DNA of 64,000 nucleotides from Eledone cirrhosa (Eukaryota), in contig OZ024746.1 in NCBI GenBank assembly GCA_964016885.1, positions 61,566,001 through 61,630,000 on the forward strand, read 5' to 3'. Below the pieces are notes generated by a model. That model had not been told where the DNA came from and ran no database searches. It worked only from the letters and a program-made list of their open reading frames with translations. Positions 13,121 to 26,538 of this stretch are shown here, piece by piece. Numbering within the stretch: the first letter of the stretch is position 1; every line of letters begins with the position of its first letter. A program made the translations under genes and the position numbers.

Positions 13121-15008
13121 GAATGTTTACGAAGTACACTGTTTATCTTCTAAAAAAGGGGAAAATCATTAATTGATTCAATCACTGTATATTATTACTT
13201 ATATCTGTTTTATCAATTCTGGATGGACGAAAGTTGGTTCTCAAACTTAGATAATCTGGAGTGTTTCCTTTAACATTCTACCAACTGCCCACTCTATTCA
13301 TGCAACTACATTTAAACTTTGCCTTTCATCATTCCAGGCTCAATAAAATAAAATACCGGGTTTAAATTAGTGAAATTGTCAAGGAAGTGGAGAAGATGCC
13401 CCCCAGTATTTATTCCAGTTCTTTGTTCTGAATTCAAATTCCTCTGTGGCTCATCTTGGGTGGTAGACTTAATCCATCACCTAGTTTAACACCACCACCT
13501 GGTTCTTGGGCGTGTGTCTTTAGTAGGGCCCAGTTTGTTGCAAGTATTCAGGCCAAGTGTCCAGTTAAAGGATACCTTCCAGTCTAGGAGCCAGTTAAAA
13601 GTGTTAGGAACATTACTCTTCCTTCTTTGACTAAACAATAAAATCAACAAAAAAAAAAGAAGAAAATGGTGATGTTGAGTTTTCTGCTCTTACTGCACAT
13701 TTCTGGTGAAGTTTTAATGCACACATATGCACACGCACATACATTAATCGGTATGTTGTTTGCTGATTGATGATGTGAAATTACTTTAACTGATTAAAAG
13801 GAAGTAAGAGGTTATTAGGGAAGCTATTGTGTGAATCAAATCTCATCGTGGGATGTCTGCTGCATTAAATGCTTGTCTTTTATATACAGATTGTTTCACA
13901 ATTGCTGGTTGTGTGGAAGGTTATAGGTTTTCCTAACTACAATTACTACTACATTCTCTGGCAGTGTAACAACTCTTTGTGTTTTTTAATAGATGCATAT
14001 CACTTTTTTCTTATTTTTTCTTATAATATTTGGTTGGATATTGTTGAAACCTAAGTCAGCCGTAATTGCGCAGAACTAAGACCACATGAATTCCAGTTGT
14101 AACCACTCTATTTTGTTTTTATTATTTAGAAATAATGCATTTAGAACTACATTATCCAATTACGTTTTTAATATATAATGTCATTTGAGGGAGATTTTTG
14201 CCTGCTATTTCTAACAGGTTGAGCAACCACTTGGTGATAAACTAGATCTGAAATTTCCTTTTTGTCTTTGGAAAACGCCATCTATTTCTTCCTCTCTTGT
14301 AAAGTGGCTGGTATTAGGAAGGGCAACCAGCCATAGAAAACCAATCTCCAAAACATTTCTGTATCAGCGAGATCTGGTCACCTGACCTGTCTAACCTGAT
14401 AATGTGATAACCTGTCAAACCCATGCAAGCATAGAAAAGAGACATTAAGCAGTGATGATAGTGGTGTAACTCTGAATGTTTTATGTCTGTTTTACATAAG
14501 AAACCAACTTCATCCCTCTAAATATCATCATCGTATTTGATGAACTAATGAGAGAATATGCATGTGGTTATGTAACCTGCTAGAAATAGCAGCCACATCT
14601 TCCTCAAAATATTTGCAATGTAATCTTTTATATATATATAAAATATAGATTAGCCACAGCTGAAATACTTTTGATTATAAATTTGCTTGATTGGGATAGA
14701 CATTGGCTGAAAAATATGATTATTGCTGTCATCATTATCATCATCATTATCATCATCATCATCATTTAATGTCCATTTTCCATGCTTGCTCTTCCTAATA
14801 TCAACTACATTACTGCATGTACTGGAAACTTTTTTCATGAAAACACCACTATCACTTTACAAGGTGGGCTGGGTGGTTTTTGTCATGGCACCAGGACAAC
14901 TATCTAACAGGGTGAACTGGGTGCTTTTTTTTGTCATGGTACCAGTGTGACCACCTTACACAGTAGATTACGTCCTTTTTTGCTGTGGCACTAGTGTGAC
15001 CACCTTAC

Positions 15009-15184
15009 AGAATTCTTTCGTCTCTTTCTGTTCAAACCGGCTGTAACTAGCCACTCATACTGATGTTACGGTATTGTTCTCAAAATAAATAATATCAAAA
15101 TCTCATAGATTCGATATTATGTGAGATATTATACTGCGAAAATACAATAGTAAATATAGAGTAATTTAAATGCTAAAGGGTTAA
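15009..15184. mobile_element. piggyBac-type MITE, partial, inverted relative to 15413-15638
   Basis: Ends taaatgctaaagggttaa; the body is the reverse complement of the next copy. Confidence 0.75.
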
Positions 15185-15412
15185 GAAGCCAAGTTGTAGA
15201 TACTCTTTCATTGTTGATTCCCTGTCAGGACATCTTCCGTTTTATTGGTCCTGTATCCTAATCAAAACCAGTGTTTACTAGCCGTTGCATTGTTTTTCTT
15301 GTGGAAACTTTACAAAATAGAACAGCATGAATGCCACAGTTTCCCTGGTGTACAATGAAGTTTTACAGGTTCCTTTTACATTAAAAACAAAGCCTTTTCT
15401 GCATTCTGCATA

Positions 15413-15638
15413 TTAACCCTTTAGCATTTATATTACTCTATATTCACTATTGTATTTTCACAGTAAATGCTTTACCTCACATAATTATCTCACATAATAT
15501 CGAAACTTTGAGATTTTGATATCTATTTTGAGAACAATATCTTAACATAAGTATGAGCAGCTGGTTAAAGCTAGTTTGAGCAGAAAGAAGTGAGAACATT
15601 TTGGCCGGATACAGCTGGTTTAAATGCTAAAGGGTTAA
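15413..15638. mobile_element. piggyBac-type MITE, complete
   Basis: TTAA CCCTTTAGCATTTA ... TAAATGCTAAAGGG TTAA. Confidence 0.85.
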
Positions 15639-15770
15639 GAGTCTTCCACATTTAGCAGTATTTTTCCTCTAAAGTAGTCAGAGATGGTAGGGTGCCAGGT
15701 CATGTTTAATGATTGTTGTTACTTAAACACATACTTAGGATTAAAAACATTCTATTGCAGCCATCACATC

Positions 15771-15982
15771 TACCGTATATATTCAAATATAAGCCAAGGA
15801 ATATGTGACCAAAACTTCAATGGTAAAATGGAAGGGGTGGAGCTTATACACGTCATCTAAATTTCTGTGTAATTAGCTGCCTCGGCTTATAAATGGAGTT
15901 TAGATTTACGTCCATTTCGCAGACATGATACAGGGGAGGTCGGTTTATATTCGAATTGGATTATATTTGAGTATATACGCTA
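15771..15982. mobile_element. Tc1/mariner-superfamily (Tc2/pogo-like) MITE
   Basis: TA-ccgtatatattcaaatataagcc ... ggattatatttgagtatatacgc-TA terminal inverted repeats (TIRs) with TA flanks. Confidence 0.7.
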
Positions 15983-16406
15983 ATTTCCAGATATAATGTA
16001 TCTATAGTTACATTATTCAAAGTATCCTTTTTTCTTTTAACCTTTTCATTACTGTATATCTAATGAAAGTCACTGCCTATGTGTTCTAATTAATTCTAAA
16101 AATAACCAAAAAATTAGTATTTTGTATAGTTATGAAAGGGTTAACTGAACTATTTATTGGTATTTTTTACATTTTGAGTTCAAATCCCACTGAGGTTAGC
16201 CTTGCCTTTCATCCTTATGGAGTCAATAAAATAAAGTACCAGTAATGCACTGGGGTCAATTTAATTAACCCCCCCTCCATCCCACAATTGTTGACGTTGT
16301 ACCTAAATCAGAAACCATTATTATTATTATTATTATTATTATTTTTCAAGCATATTTTTGTGTAATTTGTTATCTCTAAATATGTCTATATTTTTTCTAA
16401 TTTCAG

Positions 16407-16912
16407 ATGAAGGTGTTTCACTAGAACAAAGTTCTTTAGAGTCTACCAGCCGTAAGTCTAAAGATAACTCCAGCCATAATGAGAGAGTTGAAGAACCAAC
16501 TGCTACTGACGATGAGGATGATTCCCTCAGAAAAGCAGACACCAGTGATAGTGATACAATAGTAGAAGGTTCCTCTCTAGCTGACGAAGCTGTCAAGACT
16601 GTTGCTAAAAACTGTGATAAGAATGTGAAAAATCGTGATAAATATGATAAGAAAACAAGTGAACAAGAATCGAAGCCACTTTCATGTGATCCGAAAACTA
16701 CCGAAAGTGGTGCGCGACAATTGCGACGAAGTTTACGAAATTGTCGCTTAAATGCCCAGAAATCAACAGATTCGTCCTTAGGAGTGGATGTAAGCTTTGG
16801 CCTGTCTTCACAGGACCGCACTTGTCCATACTGTGGCATTGTGAAGAAGAGTCCAGCAGATTTAACACGTCATGTCCGCAAGCACACAGGAGAAAAGCCG
16901 TTTGCTTGTGAG
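16407..16912 (+). CDS. C2H2 zinc-finger protein, internal exon A
   Basis: Acceptor ttttttctaatttcag| (phase 1) and donor GAG|gtgagt (phase 0). Encodes an acidic/Ser-rich segment then CPYCGIVKKSPADLTRHVRKH-TGEKPF-ACE. Confidence 0.9.
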
Positions 16913-17006
16913 GTGAGTTAACTCCTCTTTGATCTCTATTAGCTGTCTTCATCTTAAAGTAGTATGACTGTAATTGGTTTAGAGGCTTTCCAGCCATGCA
17001 TTTGTT

Positions 17007-17037
<31 letters not shown>

Positions 17038-17069
17038 ATGGTGGGGGTAAAGTGAAAACAATTAGCTTA

Positions 17070-17430
17070 AATGTGATGCAGCTTGGGTTTGTGCCAGGAT
17101 GAGGTACTACAGATCCCATTTTCCGAGTGAGGTAGGCACAGGAAAGCTCTTATATAGGAGCATTCACCAGAAAGCCTTTAACAGAGTATCATGCTATGTA
17201 GTCTGGTGATTGTTGAGAAAATCGGGGACAGAAGAATGAATTTTGAGAGCTGTTCAAGCCTTGTACAGGAATGCCACCTGCAAGTTGGGCGTTGGCAATG
17301 AGTTCAACATAGAATTAGATATCTATCAGGGCTTGGTTCTCAACTCACTCTTGTTTTGTTATTATATAGTTCAGGATACAATAGAAGGGTTCATGGGAAT
17401 TCCTATATATCGGTGACCTAGTTCTCATAA
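17070..17430 (+). mobile_element. Degenerate RTE-type RT fragment
   Basis: Traces of QLGFVPG.GTTD.IF, KAFNRV and RAVQALYRNA, with stops and frameshifts; homologous to 950-1240. Confidence 0.7.
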
Positions 17431-17682
17431 TTTAATTGGTTAATCCCTACTCATAAACAAAAACATATCTAAAAACTCCAAACTTGTTTTGAATTCTTAG
17501 TTTCACTCTTCCTAGTGATTTCATATTAACCAGACATCTATAACATGGCCAGAACTGTAACTCAAATACACAGAATTTCATTAGGACCAGAAATTACTTT
17601 AGCTATCATCAGTTAGTTGTTAACCCTCTACAAAATCGAAGTAGATCCACAACTTTTCGCCCCTTCATATTTTTACGTCTAT

Positions 17683-18020
17683 CACATGGCTTAGTGGTTA
17701 GAGCATTGGCCTTGCAATCGAAAGGTTGTGAGTTCAATTCTCAGACCAGGTGATGTGTTGTTTCCTTGAGCAAGACACTTTATTTCACATTGCTCCAGTT
17801 TACTCAGCTGTAGAAATGAGATGATAGGGACTGGGGTCCCTATCATTCCACTGCAAAGTGGTTGTGGAGGTGCCACGGCAAAAAAGCACCCAGCACTCAC
17901 TGTAAATGAGGTTGGTGTTAGGAAGGGCATCCAGCTGTAGAAATCAAGCCAGAATCAGTTCCCGTCCCACCCTTGCAAGCAGGGAAAAAGCGGGCGTAAA
18001 AATGAAATGAATGAATGAAA
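17683..18020 (+). mobile_element. tRNA-derived CORE-like SINE (family B) with LINE-like 3' tail
   Basis: A box tggcttagtggttagagc, B box gagttcaattctc, CORE-like ccttgagcaagacactttatttcac, and a tail ending in (ATGA)n. Related copies lie at ~22815 and ~49182. Confidence 0.75.
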
Positions 18021-19319
18021 TGATCACAGTACTTGATTTTAGCAGTTTTTAGAGACCACTTTTTTTAAAATCATTTTTGCCCCTTTAAACTGCCTATATG
18101 CTGCTTCCCCTTCAATAAACATCTCCAAATATTTTAAACTTCTTGCATTTTGTTAAAATATGCCTCCCTGTTGTGTTGATATGGCATTATGGACCCTATG
18201 ACTCCTGATGGAGTCTTAGGAGCTTTGTAGTGACATACAGTGGAATTTGGTTATTTGAAATCTGGTGGAGCCAATCCTGTCTCCAAGTCTGAGGTGAGAA
18301 GGAAGTAGGGAAGAAGTGAGAAAGAGATATTTAGGAAGAATCGATTCCAGTACTGGACTGGCACTTTCTTTTTTACCTCAAAGGGCAAAATTGATCTTCG
18401 CGGGTTTTGAACTCAGAACGCAGAGAGACAGAAGGCTTTTAAGTTATAAGTGCATATTTGAAGTGTAATGACAAAGCATTGATGAACCTCTGTTAGTTTA
18501 ATAACATCTCACCTTTGATACTTCACTCTTTTGAGCATCTATCCCACCACTATTGATTTTGCCTTTCTTTGCTCCCTGATTTATTTTATAACCAGTAATG
18601 AAATACAAATAGCTGTTAACATCTCATTAAGATTAGACTTTTATGAAAAACATTTATGTAAATGTTTTGAAGAAAGCAATAAAAATGTTAGACATGTTCT
18701 TTCTTTTATCAGAGAAGATTAACAATGAATAGATAATCTGCTTTATCTTCACCGATATTCTCCATAAAAGCTTATAATAAGCTTGATTGCCAAGCCAATA
18801 CATGGAACCGTCTAATTATTGTTAAAGATGGAAATAACTACATGAGTTGTATAGATTTAGTGAACTATTTATCAACCTCAACTTTTATGTTTGACCTCCA
18901 TAATTATTGAGTGGACTTCTGAACTGTATTTCACTACCAGTCTTCGTATCCACGACATCAGATTCCTTACAATAAAGCTAACAGTCTGATAACAGCATAC
19001 CATTCTATTTCCTAAATAAACCATACCCTAATGGGATAACATTAATAGTGTTCAATAAAGGTGAACTACTGTACCATTCTGTTTCCTAAATAAATCATAC
19101 CCTAATGGGATAACATTGGTAGCGTTCAATAAAGGTGAACTACTGTGTCTTTCTGTTTCCTAAATAAACCATACCCTGATGGAATAATGTTGATAGTGTT
19201 CAACAGATGTATTGGCATGGGATGTTATTGTAGCTCTTTCTGAAGACATTCATTAGTCATTGCTTAAGAATTGCTTGTGGGTGTCGGCAAAATAATCAAT
19301 AGACATAGGCAAAATAATG

Positions 19320-19540
19320 GTATCGGATTTAGGCACAAGGCCATCAATTTTTTTGGGGGGGGGGGGGGGGGATTAAATCGACCCCAATGCGTGACTGGTA
19401 CTTTATTTTATCAACCCCGTAAGGACGAAAGGCAAAGCTAACCTCGGCAGGATTTGAACACAGAATGTAAAGGACCATAAACTTTATGCAACAAACCATG
19501 CTGTCCGACGCTCTACCGATACTGCCAATCCACCGCCCTG
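19320..19540 (-). mobile_element. SINE family A with 18-bp TSD
   Basis: Reverse complement of the family consensus; gacataggcaaaataatg at 19302-19319 and 19541-19558. Confidence 0.88.
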
Positions 19541-19544
19541 GACA

Positions 19545-19980
19545 TAGGCAAAATAATGAATGTTTGTATGCAAAATAATCATTGGATGTAGACAAGATAA
19601 TCATTGGATGTAGGGAAAATAATGAATAAATGTAGACAAAATAATCATTGGATGTAGGCAAAATAATCATTGGATGTAGACAAAATAATCATTGGATGTA
19701 GGCAAAATAATGAATAAATGTAGACAAAATAATCATTAGATGTAGGCAAAATAATCATTGGATTTAGGCAAAATAATGAATAAATGTAGACAAAATAATC
19801 ATTAGATGTAGGCAAAATAATCATTGGATTTAGGCAAAATAATGAATAAATGTAGACAAAATAATCATTAGATGTAGGCAAAATAATCATTGGATTTAGG
19901 CAAAATAATGAATAAATGTAGACAAAATAATCATTGGATGTAGGCAAAATAATCATTGGATGTAGGCAAAATAATCATTG
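19545..19980. repeat. ~22-bp minisatellite with ~63-bp higher-order period
   Basis: ggatgtaggcaaaataatcatt and aataaatgtagacaaaataatcatt variants alternate. Confidence 0.9.
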
Positions 19981-20068
19981 CAAGAGAAGATGCATTCTGT
20001 GTAATGTTTTGTTTCTAGTGAGCAAATACTAAAATGAACATTCTATAATGGTTATAAAGTTGTAATTG

Positions 20069-20294
20069 CAGTAGTAGTAACAGTGGCAGTAGTAGTAGCA
20101 GCAGTAGTAGTAGTAGTAGCAGTAGTAGCAGCAGCAGCAGCAGTAGTAGTCGTAGTAGTAGCAGCAACAGTAGTAGTAGTAGTAGCAACAGTAGTAGTAG
20201 TAGCAACAGTAGTAGTATTAGTGGCAACAACAGCAGTAGTAGTAGTAGTAGTAGTAGTAGTGGCAACAGTAGTAGTAGTAGTAGTAGTGGCAAC

Positions 20295-20329
<35 letters not shown>

Positions 20330-20374
20330 CAACAGTAGTAGTATTAGTAGTAGCAGCAGCAGCAGCAACAGTAG

Positions 20375-20425
<51 letters not shown>

Positions 20426-20537
20426 TAGCAGCAGCAGCAGCAACAGTAGTAGCAGCAGCAGTAGCAGCAGCAGCAGTAGTAGTAGTAGTAGTAGTAGTAG
20501 TAGCAGCAGCAGCAGCAGCTATAATAGTAATAGTATA
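20069..20537. repeat. (GTA/GCA)n compound trinucleotide microsatellite
   Basis: Seen directly; it produces spurious poly-L and poly-V/A ORFs. Confidence 0.95.
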
Positions 20538-20628
20538 GCTGGTAAATTTAGTTGATGTAGTTTTGAATATGTGAAGGAGTGTAAAAATGTTTCTGAGTTA
20601 TCAATGCTAAATTTTTTTTCTTTTGTAG

Positions 20629-21294
20629 GTATGTAAGAAATCTTTCAAGGCCAAACGCAGCTTACAGTATCACCAATACATCAAACATAACAGCGTTGCC
20701 GAGGGTTTTAATCCTGGTGCCAAAAAGTCTTCGGAGTTTGCCAAAGAATGGAAAACGCGACGACTTCGAGCTAAAACTGGTCTGGACAACCAGCTGGAAA
20801 ATAAACCGAGTTCGTTAACATCAAGTCTATTGAAGTCTTGTAAGCAAGGTTCCAGTTCAAAGACAAGCCGCTTGACGTTAAGGAAGAAGTCTAACAATGC
20901 TTATTTATCTGCCGTCCCTGATGCAGAAGCTAGTGCTGCTTCTGTTGGAGTATCAAGTAAACATACTAAATCAACACTTGCAAACCGGCGGTCAGTTCTA
21001 GGTACACGGCCTCGGGGGAGACCCCCACATGTGTCACAGGCAATTATCAATTATTCCTGTCCAGTAAAAGAAGAAGGTAATGATGCCAGTACAGACAGTA
21101 ATATGAACTCTGTGATTTGGAAAGCATCCTTACCGACAGAACATGCCTCACGCGGAAGACCAAGAGGACCTGGGCGCCGTAAATCAATTCTGTCCCGGCG
21201 CTCATGTCGCCAATGTGGCAAGGTGTTTCCAAAACCTAGTGATTTGAAAAGACATTCGATGGTTCATTCTGGAGAGAAACCTTTTCAGTGTGAG
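20629..21294 (+). CDS. C2H2 zinc-finger protein, exon B
   Basis: Acceptor ttttttttcttttgtag|GTA TGT completes finger 2 (VCKKSFKAKRSLQYHQYIKH). Contains AT-hook-like RPRGRPP and RGRPR, then CRQCGKVFPKPSDLKRHSMVH-SGEKPF-QCE|gtgtgt. Phase 0 at both ends. Confidence 0.92.
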
Positions 21295-22331
21295 GTGTGT
21301 TCCATTCTTTAACTTACCCCCTTTCTCTTCTCCCTCCCTCTTGTTGTCACTCCCTTCACCACATTTCTCCCTTTATTCCTCCCTTTATCCCCCCCTCCAT
21401 CTGTCCCTCCCTTAATCTCCCTCCATTCACCACATTTCACCCTTTATTCCCCACTCCCTCCCTCCTTTTTTCCATTACATTTCTGATATCGTTGGAGAAA
21501 AGCATGAACACCACAACTTCCAAATGGACTTGTGTTGTACATGCTTTTTGTGAAAAGTGTCCTTGTATGATTTATAGTAGGTAGGAAGTCAGTATGAATG
21601 GAGGTTTCCACCAGATACATGAGGGAATTGATATATTAGAATGGCTAACATTGAAAAATAAATAAAATAAATGGAAAAATTATGAACTGCATGAAATAAT
21701 ACATAATTGTTCCTACTTATCTGATATAATTAGATCTGACGTCACAGCTACTGTTAGTTTGGAGGCTAGGGTGGAGTTGGGGTAGAAAAATATCCAAGAA
21801 CTAGTATATTTTGTAGCAATAAAGGTTTTCTCTCATTGTCATTTAACATCCGCTTTCCTTGCTAGCAAGGGTTGGACGAGTTTTAACAGACCGAGTCAGT
21901 ACTGAAGTGGGGTTACTGGCCTTTCAGACAGGCTGGGGGCCAGCATCCTGCTTACATATGATCTCATGTTCTGCCAAGAGCATTTTATGGCACCAACTCT
22001 AGAGCATTTTATGGCACCTTTGTTTGGTAAGCTTTCTGATGCTGGATGCTTTTCCTATCACCAACACTAGGCAGGTTGTCATGACACAAATGAAGGTTAT
22101 TCTCAACCGTTTTAGGCATGGTTTCTACATTGAAGTGCCCTTCCTGTTGCCAATCACCTTATAGAGTGTACAGGGTGCATTTTTGTACCACCAGCACTAG
22201 AGAGGTTGTTGGTCATTGCCCCAAATGAAAAGCCCACACTACTCTGTGGTGGTAGGCAGAGGAGAAGGACTATGGGTATAAAATTATAGATATATGATGT
22301 AATTTGACAGAGGGATGAGTAGGGAAGGGGT

Positions 22332-22362
<31 letters not shown>

Positions 22363-22495
22363 ATATATATATGTGTGTAGAGATAGAGAAAGAGAGAATA
22401 TATATATATATATATATAACAAAGAGGGTGTGGTAAGATACCAGGTAGACCATAATGTACTAGTGTAGTCGATACTTGGGGTAGTAGGGTAGGTA

Positions 22496-22611
22496 ATATG
22501 AAAATATTCAGGACACCGATGGCTGAGCTCTGGCCGTTTCGACAGCTAGATCCGGATCTAGCTGTCGAAACAGCCAGAGCTCTGTTGTCAGGGTCCTGAA
22601 TCTTTTCATAT
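22496..22611. repeat. 116-bp palindrome
   Basis: gagctctggccgtttcgacagctagatcc|ggatctagctgtcgaaacagccagagctc, with outer arms atatgaaaatattcaggac and gtcctgaatcttttcatat. Confidence 0.9.
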
Positions 22612-22627
22612 ATATTTATATATGTAT

Positions 22628-22679
<52 letters not shown>

Positions 22680-23546
22680 AAATAAAACTATAGAAAGTAT
22701 TTATCAGATGAGGTATGTTGCTTGACTGTGGAATTTTAGCAGAGGATCTGCAATAGCTGGGGAGGAATAAATATGATCCATTGAAAATGAATCATTATTT
22801 TATAAGAAACTTTGGTGTGGTTGTATAGTTAATAATTTTTTTTGCTTTGCAACCACATGGTTTTAGTTCCTATCCCACTGTGTGGCATCTTAGCTAAGTG
22901 TCTTTTACTATATCATTGGGCTAAACAATGCCTTGTGAGTGGATTTGGTTGATAGAAACTGTAAAAATACCCATCACATATATGTATATATTTGTCTGTG
23001 TGTGTATCAGTTATGTTTGTTTACATCCTGCAGTGTAGCAGTCCAACAAAGATGAACAATATATATATCATACATATGGGCTGGTATCAGGAAGAAGATT
23101 TGGTTATAGAAAAAACTGCCTCAATGAATGACACAAGCCAGCCAGTTAGTAACTGGGTATCAAACCCATTGGCTGATGTTATTTATCATCAAGTCAGCCC
23201 TGATAGAACACATATATGATTAAATATGTTCCACCTGCAGCCATCATTTCTTTTTTTGTATTTACAGTATATCTAGGATTATACTATCTAATGTATCCTT
23301 CCTCTTTTTAGACAACAGAGTATGATTTGAGAGAGATATAGCTACTAATTTTAGCATGTGAAGGTTCACTTGTTGGCTCAGTTGTCAGATGTTATTGTAT
23401 AGCCTTAGGTTAGTCGTGATCAAACACACTTATGATCAAACGCACTTATGATCAAGCACACTTATGATCAAGCACACTTATGATCAAAGTCATTCAAGCT
23501 ATAACCATCCTAACTTTTCAGGGATAGTTTATCTCACATTATATTA

Positions 23547-23730
23547 TGGATTGGCAGTATCGGTAGAGGGTCGGACGCCATGCTTTGACGCATAGAGTTA
23601 CGGTCCTTACCATTCTGAGTTCAAATCCCGCCGAGGTTAACTTTGCCTTTCATCCTTATGGGGTTGATAAAATAAAGTACCAGTAATGCACTGGGTAATG
23701 TTGCTGGCCTTGTGCCAAAAGTAGAAACAA
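23547..23730 (+). mobile_element. SINE family A (short variant)
   Basis: Matches the family consensus; flanked by an attatattat direct repeat. Confidence 0.85.
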
Positions 23731-23976
23731 TTATATTATCTAAAAAATTATAGAGATTTGACAACTTAGGAATAAATATTAATTACTGGAATCCTTAAAG
23801 CTCAAGAGATGTATTAAGGTAAACATGAAATCATTGCATTGCAATTACTACCCGTGTTGTGTCATGGCAGAACAGTCAATACAGGAATGATAAAAACATA
23901 TTTCTGTGCGGGTACAAACTCATACATAACTTGACTGAGTTTGTAACACACTTGGTTATGTACCACTGCAATGTGT

Positions 23977-24203
23977 TAATTCTTTAGCATTTAAACCAGC
24001 CATATCCGGCCAGAATTATCTCCCCTTTTTCTGTTCAAACCGGTCCTAACTGACAGCTCATACTGACTTTAAGGTATTGTTCTCAAAATAAATAATATCA
24101 AAATCTCGTAGATTCAATATTATGTCAGATAATTATGTAAAATAAACCTTTACTGTGAAAATACAATAGTAAATATAGAGCAATGTGACTGCTAAAGAGC
24201 TAA
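23977..24203. mobile_element. piggyBac-type MITE, diverged
   Basis: ttaattctttagcatttaaacc ... tgctaaagagctaa. Confidence 0.75.
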
Positions 24204-24209
24204 AGGAAC

Positions 24210-25075
24210 TTTTCTATGCCCAAACATGTCAAAGGAGCCATTTCTGTGTCCAAAACACATGATAAAGAAGCCCTTTCTATGCCCCAAACATGTCAAAGGA
24301 GCCATTTCTGTGTCCAAAACACATGATAAAGAAGCCCTTTCTATGTCCAAAACATGTCAAAGGAGCCATTTCTGTGTCCAAAACACATAATAAAGAAGCC
24401 CTTTCTATGTCCGAAACATGTCAAAGGAGCCATTTCTGTGTCCAAAACACATGATAAAGAAGCCCTTTCTATGCCCCAAACATGTCAAAGGAGCCATTTC
24501 TGTGTCCAAAACACATGATAAAGAAGCCCTTTCTATGTCCAAAACATGTCAAAGGAGCCATTTCTGTGTCCAAAACACATAATAAAGAAGCCCTTTCTAT
24601 GTCCGAAACATGTCAAAGGAGCCATTTCTGTGTCCAAAACACATAATAAAGAAGCCCTTTCTATGTCCGAAACATGTCAAAGGAGCCATTTCTGTGTCCA
24701 AAACACATGATAAAGAAGCCCTTTCTATGTCCAAAACATGTCAAAGGAGCCATTTCTGTGTCCAAAACACATAATAAAGAAGCCCTTTCTATGTCCGAAA
24801 CATGTCAAAGGAGCCATTTCTGTGTCCAAAACACATAATAAAGAAGCCCTTTCTATGTCCGAAACATGTCAAAGGAGCCATTTCTGTGTCCAAAACACAT
24901 GATAAAGAAGCCCTTTCTATGTCCAAAACATGTCAAAGGAGCCATTTCTGTGTCACATAATAAAGAAGCCCTTTCTATGTCCGAAACATGTCAAAGGAGC
25001 CATTTCTGTGTCCAAAACACATAATAAAGAAGCCCTTTCTATGTCCGAAACATGTCAAAGGAGCCATTTCTGTGC
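24210..25075. repeat. 64-bp minisatellite made of two related ~32-bp subunits, ~13 copies
   Basis: catgtc recurs at 24225, 24289 and 24353; subunits are aaaggagccatttctgtgtccaaaac and aaagaagccctttctatgtccaaaac. Confidence 0.95.
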
Positions 25076-25141
25076 ACAATGTTTATAATCTTTAGTATGC
25101 AGTCTTCGTCACATTATTAAGTTAGTAGGTATTATTATTCA

Positions 25142-25330
25142 AGGGCAGTGGATTGGCAGTATCAGTAGAGGGTCGGACACCATGCTTTGCAGCATAGAGT
25201 TACAGTCACTTCCGGTCTGAGTTCAAATCCTGCCAAGGTTAACTTTGCCTTTCATCCTTATGGAGTCGATAAAATAAAGTACCAGTAATGCACTGGGATA
25301 ATTGCTGGCCTTGTGCCAAAAGTAGAAACA
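25142..25330 (+). mobile_element. SINE family A
   Basis: Matches the family consensus; attattaagttagt is repeated at ~25112 and 25331. Confidence 0.85.
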
Positions 25331-26538
25331 ATTATTAAGTTAGTTCCTGTCCAACTCCGTTCACCCCAATACTAATGAGATATTCAGAAAATTAATAATT
25401 ATTTTCAACTACTTATTTATATCCATTGTATGATGCTAGTACATGTGGAATGATGTCACAAATTTGGACATTTTCACCACATTGCAGTAATTCATATCTT
25501 CTGCTAACTCTATAACTATCTCTTATCAACCATGAAATCACTTTTACTTGAGCCATGTGTTGAAAGGTCCAGTCCCTTGTGACTTATGTAAAAACAAAAG
25601 CAGCCATAATTTGTTTGTTTGTTTTGTTATTGTCTTTCTATATATTTATTTCTGTCTTTCTTATTTCTGATCTTATTTTAATTTCTGTCTTTCCCTGTAT
25701 TGTATGTTTCGTTTGTTAGGTTTCCTTTTCATAGATATTGCTTTAGGAACAATTAATCTTTTCAAGAAAACAAACATTATAAATTGATATTCTTAATGTG
25801 TTTCAAATCCTGTGTAAATATGTGAAATGCCAGCCATATATTATCCTCCACTCTTCTTCCTTGTTATTATTAAAACCGTTTTCAGCTCTGTATGATAAAT
25901 TCATTTCGTTATTACCTGATTTAAATTAACAAAATTGTCTTCAGCTTAGATTAGATATTATATTACATATAGATATGACAAAATAAACAAAGCAAAAAAA
26001 AAAAACACCAGGTCCATCCTGTAAGGTGATTGTACTGGTGCCATGTGGAAAAGCATCCAATCCACCCTGTTATGTGGTAGAGGTGATGCCATGAAAAGAT
26101 CTCCCAGGTATGCTGTAATGGGGTTGGCATTAGGAAGGACACCCAACATTAGAAAATGAAGCCAAAAACAGATTGTATGAGCAAGACATGGTCAACTGAC
26201 CTGGCTGACCTCATAACACGACAACTTATTTAACCCATGCCAGCATAGAAAATAGATGTTAAACAGCAATAATGATAATGATGATACTCAAATTCTTAAA
26301 TTGTTATTTGATGTGTATTAGTATAACATATTTGTATTTCATTCTGTGACTAAATGGTGTATCCTAAAGTGTTATCAACTTAGTCTTGAATACTATCTTC
26401 TGTAATGTAATTTCATTTCTAAATATATTTCAAGTTAAACTTACCTGTAAAAGAGGTAATTATGATATTGACAGTAGTAGCATTGTTATTGTTGTAAATA
26501 ATTGTGTGATTTAATTTTTGTTTCCTAACTTTTTTCAG

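Noticed and set aside
17683-17750. tRNA gene (also 49182-49245)
   Set aside because: A and B boxes are present, but I saw no convincing complete cloverleaf and the sequence continues into a SINE body.
20015-20538. Poly-Leu and poly-Val/Ala ORFs
   Set aside because: Trinucleotide microsatellite inside an intron.
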